Below, piece by piece: positions 61,946 to 64,000 of a stretch of 64,000 bases of DNA. Source of the stretch: Lepidodermella squamata (Eukaryota; Animalia; Gastrotricha); NCBI GenBank assembly GCA_047495785.1, contig JBLDXI010000048.1, positions 248,001 through 312,000 on the forward strand, given 5' to 3'. Made by a program: the position numbers and the translations under genes. The notes beneath the pieces are model-generated. The model saw only the letters and a program-made list of their open reading frames with translations, was not told the origin of the DNA and made no database searches. Positions within the stretch are counted from its first letter, which is position 1. Every line of letters starts with the position of its first letter.

Positions 61946-63352
61946 CCACGGAAGCGTGATTTAAGCAATGAACTCGATGTGTTGGAACTGCTATGAAATC
62001 TTCCAAGCCATTAGGTGTTGAGATGTAGTGACCAAGTCATGATCCCTCCTTCTTTTTTAGTTCAAGCTTGAAGTCAATAATATCCAACTTCTTGAACATG
62101 ATTTTCCCTTGTTTGTATGACTGTTTATTTTCAAATAAAAGAAGTGAGACGCAAGAAAAAATATGGTGTTTTCTCTTGCAATGTTTCGAAATTTGTTTTG
62201 TAATTAAATTTACTGTATTGCTGAATGGATTGCTGAAATGTTGCTGAATTAATCGAACCCAAAATCATCAATACTCCATTTTTCTAGTGTATGAATCACC
62301 TTATCAGTATTTTCTCATTTGTAAGCACAGGAAATATCATAAATTTGTATGATTTCATTAATACCTGAGTTCGCAGCACGAGCTTGGGTTATCGGAGCGA
62401 ATCGCGGCTGAGATAACCAAATCGATGCGGAGAATCCATATATGAATGAATTACTAGTTTGATATTTTACAACCTTTTAATGGAATTGAGTTCAATTTCT
62501 TTTCAAATTACACCCACCATCGAATATCCACGATTTTGCCAAACAAATAAACAAATGTACCGGAGACGTTTGAAGGTAGCGACAGAAAGCATATCAAAAT
62601 GTGATAAATGATATGACCAATCACAAAGACTCACATAATAATACATTTTTATTAATAAATGTAAAATGATTCATGCTAATCCGTGATTCACTGCCGGCAC
62701 GCGCCTGTTCCACCGCTTCAATATGATTGCGGTTGATTTATAATCATTATTGTTATAGCTGCCCGACGTATGATTTTTTTTGTATTTCCCATTCAAAGTT
62801 TAACATTCATTCCTTAACAACACATTTTTTCATTAGCAATCAATATTTTATCGAAACCACTAATTCATCGCAATATTACAGCACCACATCAGAGCCCATG
62901 ATGGAAAATTATGATATCATATAGAAACTAGGATATGCTTGTCCCAAAAGTTGCGCAGCCATTTTGTTTAATTTTTGAGGAAATTCAACTAGTAATTTTT
63001 CTCTAATTGAACATGCCGAGATCTTCCATCCTTTATCCGCGATTTTATCGAAGACATTGAAGAATTTAACGGAGGAACCTTAATTGAAAAAACCCCTGAT
63101 TTGATAGTTTCGGTATTGTTTCCTGTAGGATCAGACTTCTCCGGATCTTTTTTAATCCGGATCATTGGCAAGTGCTTGATTACTATTCTCCTATTTTCCT
63201 GACCATGAATAGTGCTGAACCCCTTTTTATTTTACTTATTTAAATGGCTCGAAATATTCTGCTATGCCGAGCATTAATCTGCTGATTAATTAATTTTTTG
63301 ATATATATCAGCAGTTTTTTAGTTTGAACAAACATACCATTTCTTTATCACA

Positions 63353-64000
63353 ATGGGTTCAAGCAGAAGCCGTCCTGTCATTGAGTATCGAGTTCCGCCT
63401 GAAATTACGGTAAGGTTTCTACGACTTCTCTAGATATTTCCCTGACTATTTTACTACTAGGCCATGATGGAGCGGCTTAACGCCCAAATAGCGGAACTGG
63501 AGAACTTAATGGCCAGTAAAGTTGAAGAAACTGTGAAGCAAAAGTTGATGGAGGAGAAGCAACGCATCGAGGCTGTGAAAGAGAAGAAGCGCAAGCGAAT
63601 GGAGGCCGAAATCATAAGCAAGGCGAAAGAATTCGGCTTCAATGTCGACAACTTCAACTTCGCCATAATCGGGCTAGCCGGGGTCGGCAAGTCAAGCCTT
63701 ATCAACGCCTTGGTTCCAGGCGCCAACGCCCTAACCAGTGTTGTGGAGGGCACAATGAAACCGGAGCCTTACCGCAGCAGTGCTAAGAACGCGGAAAACA
63801 CCGTGTTCTGGGACGTGCCTGGTTCGGCAACAGAGAAGCATCCTGTCGCGAATTACTACGCTGACAACTTCCTGTACCTGATGGATTCGTTGATCATTGT
63901 GACTGGCACTCGCCTGTCTGAATTTGACGTTGGGTTTGCGAAAGAAGCGATTCGACATGGCCAAAGAGTTGTTTTCGTGAGGTCGAAGGCTGATTCGGAT
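63353..64000 (+). CDS. IRG/IIGP-like GTPase, subtype B, partial, join(63353..63409, 63461..>64000)
   Basis: MGSSRS start; GLAGVGKSS, WDVPG, RSKAD; open to the window end and absent from the ORF track. Confidence 0.85.

Overview
Eukaryotic (invertebrate metazoan-like) DNA with many ~45-60 bp introns; the species cannot be fixed from sequence alone. It is built from local tandem duplications and transposon debris. 1-31.5 kb: two tandem copies of a ~30-exon, ~1,600-aa secreted mosaic gene (signal peptide, astacin-like domain lacking its zinc ligands, EGF, CUB-like, kringle, a repeated 4-Cys module, five C-type lectin domains). The introns carry MITEs, a MULE, hAT elements, an RTE-like LINE and a Penelope-type hammerhead ribozyme; further RTE-like LINE sequence lies between the copies. 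32-37 kb: two TMEM79/MAPEG-like genes. 38-41 kb: a DUF4062-NACHT (TEP1/NPHP3-like) gene ending in a PHF5A/Rds3-like triple zinc finger pattern rather than WD40/TPR repeats. 41.7-52.5 kb: a PAN-domain gene and two GABA-B-like class C GPCRs plus a truncated third copy. 54-64 kb: five IRG/IIGP-like GTPases of two subtypes, with a tRNA cluster between two of them. Overall it looks like a putative innate-immunity/recognition gene neighbourhood (inference). All gene models were spliced by eye.
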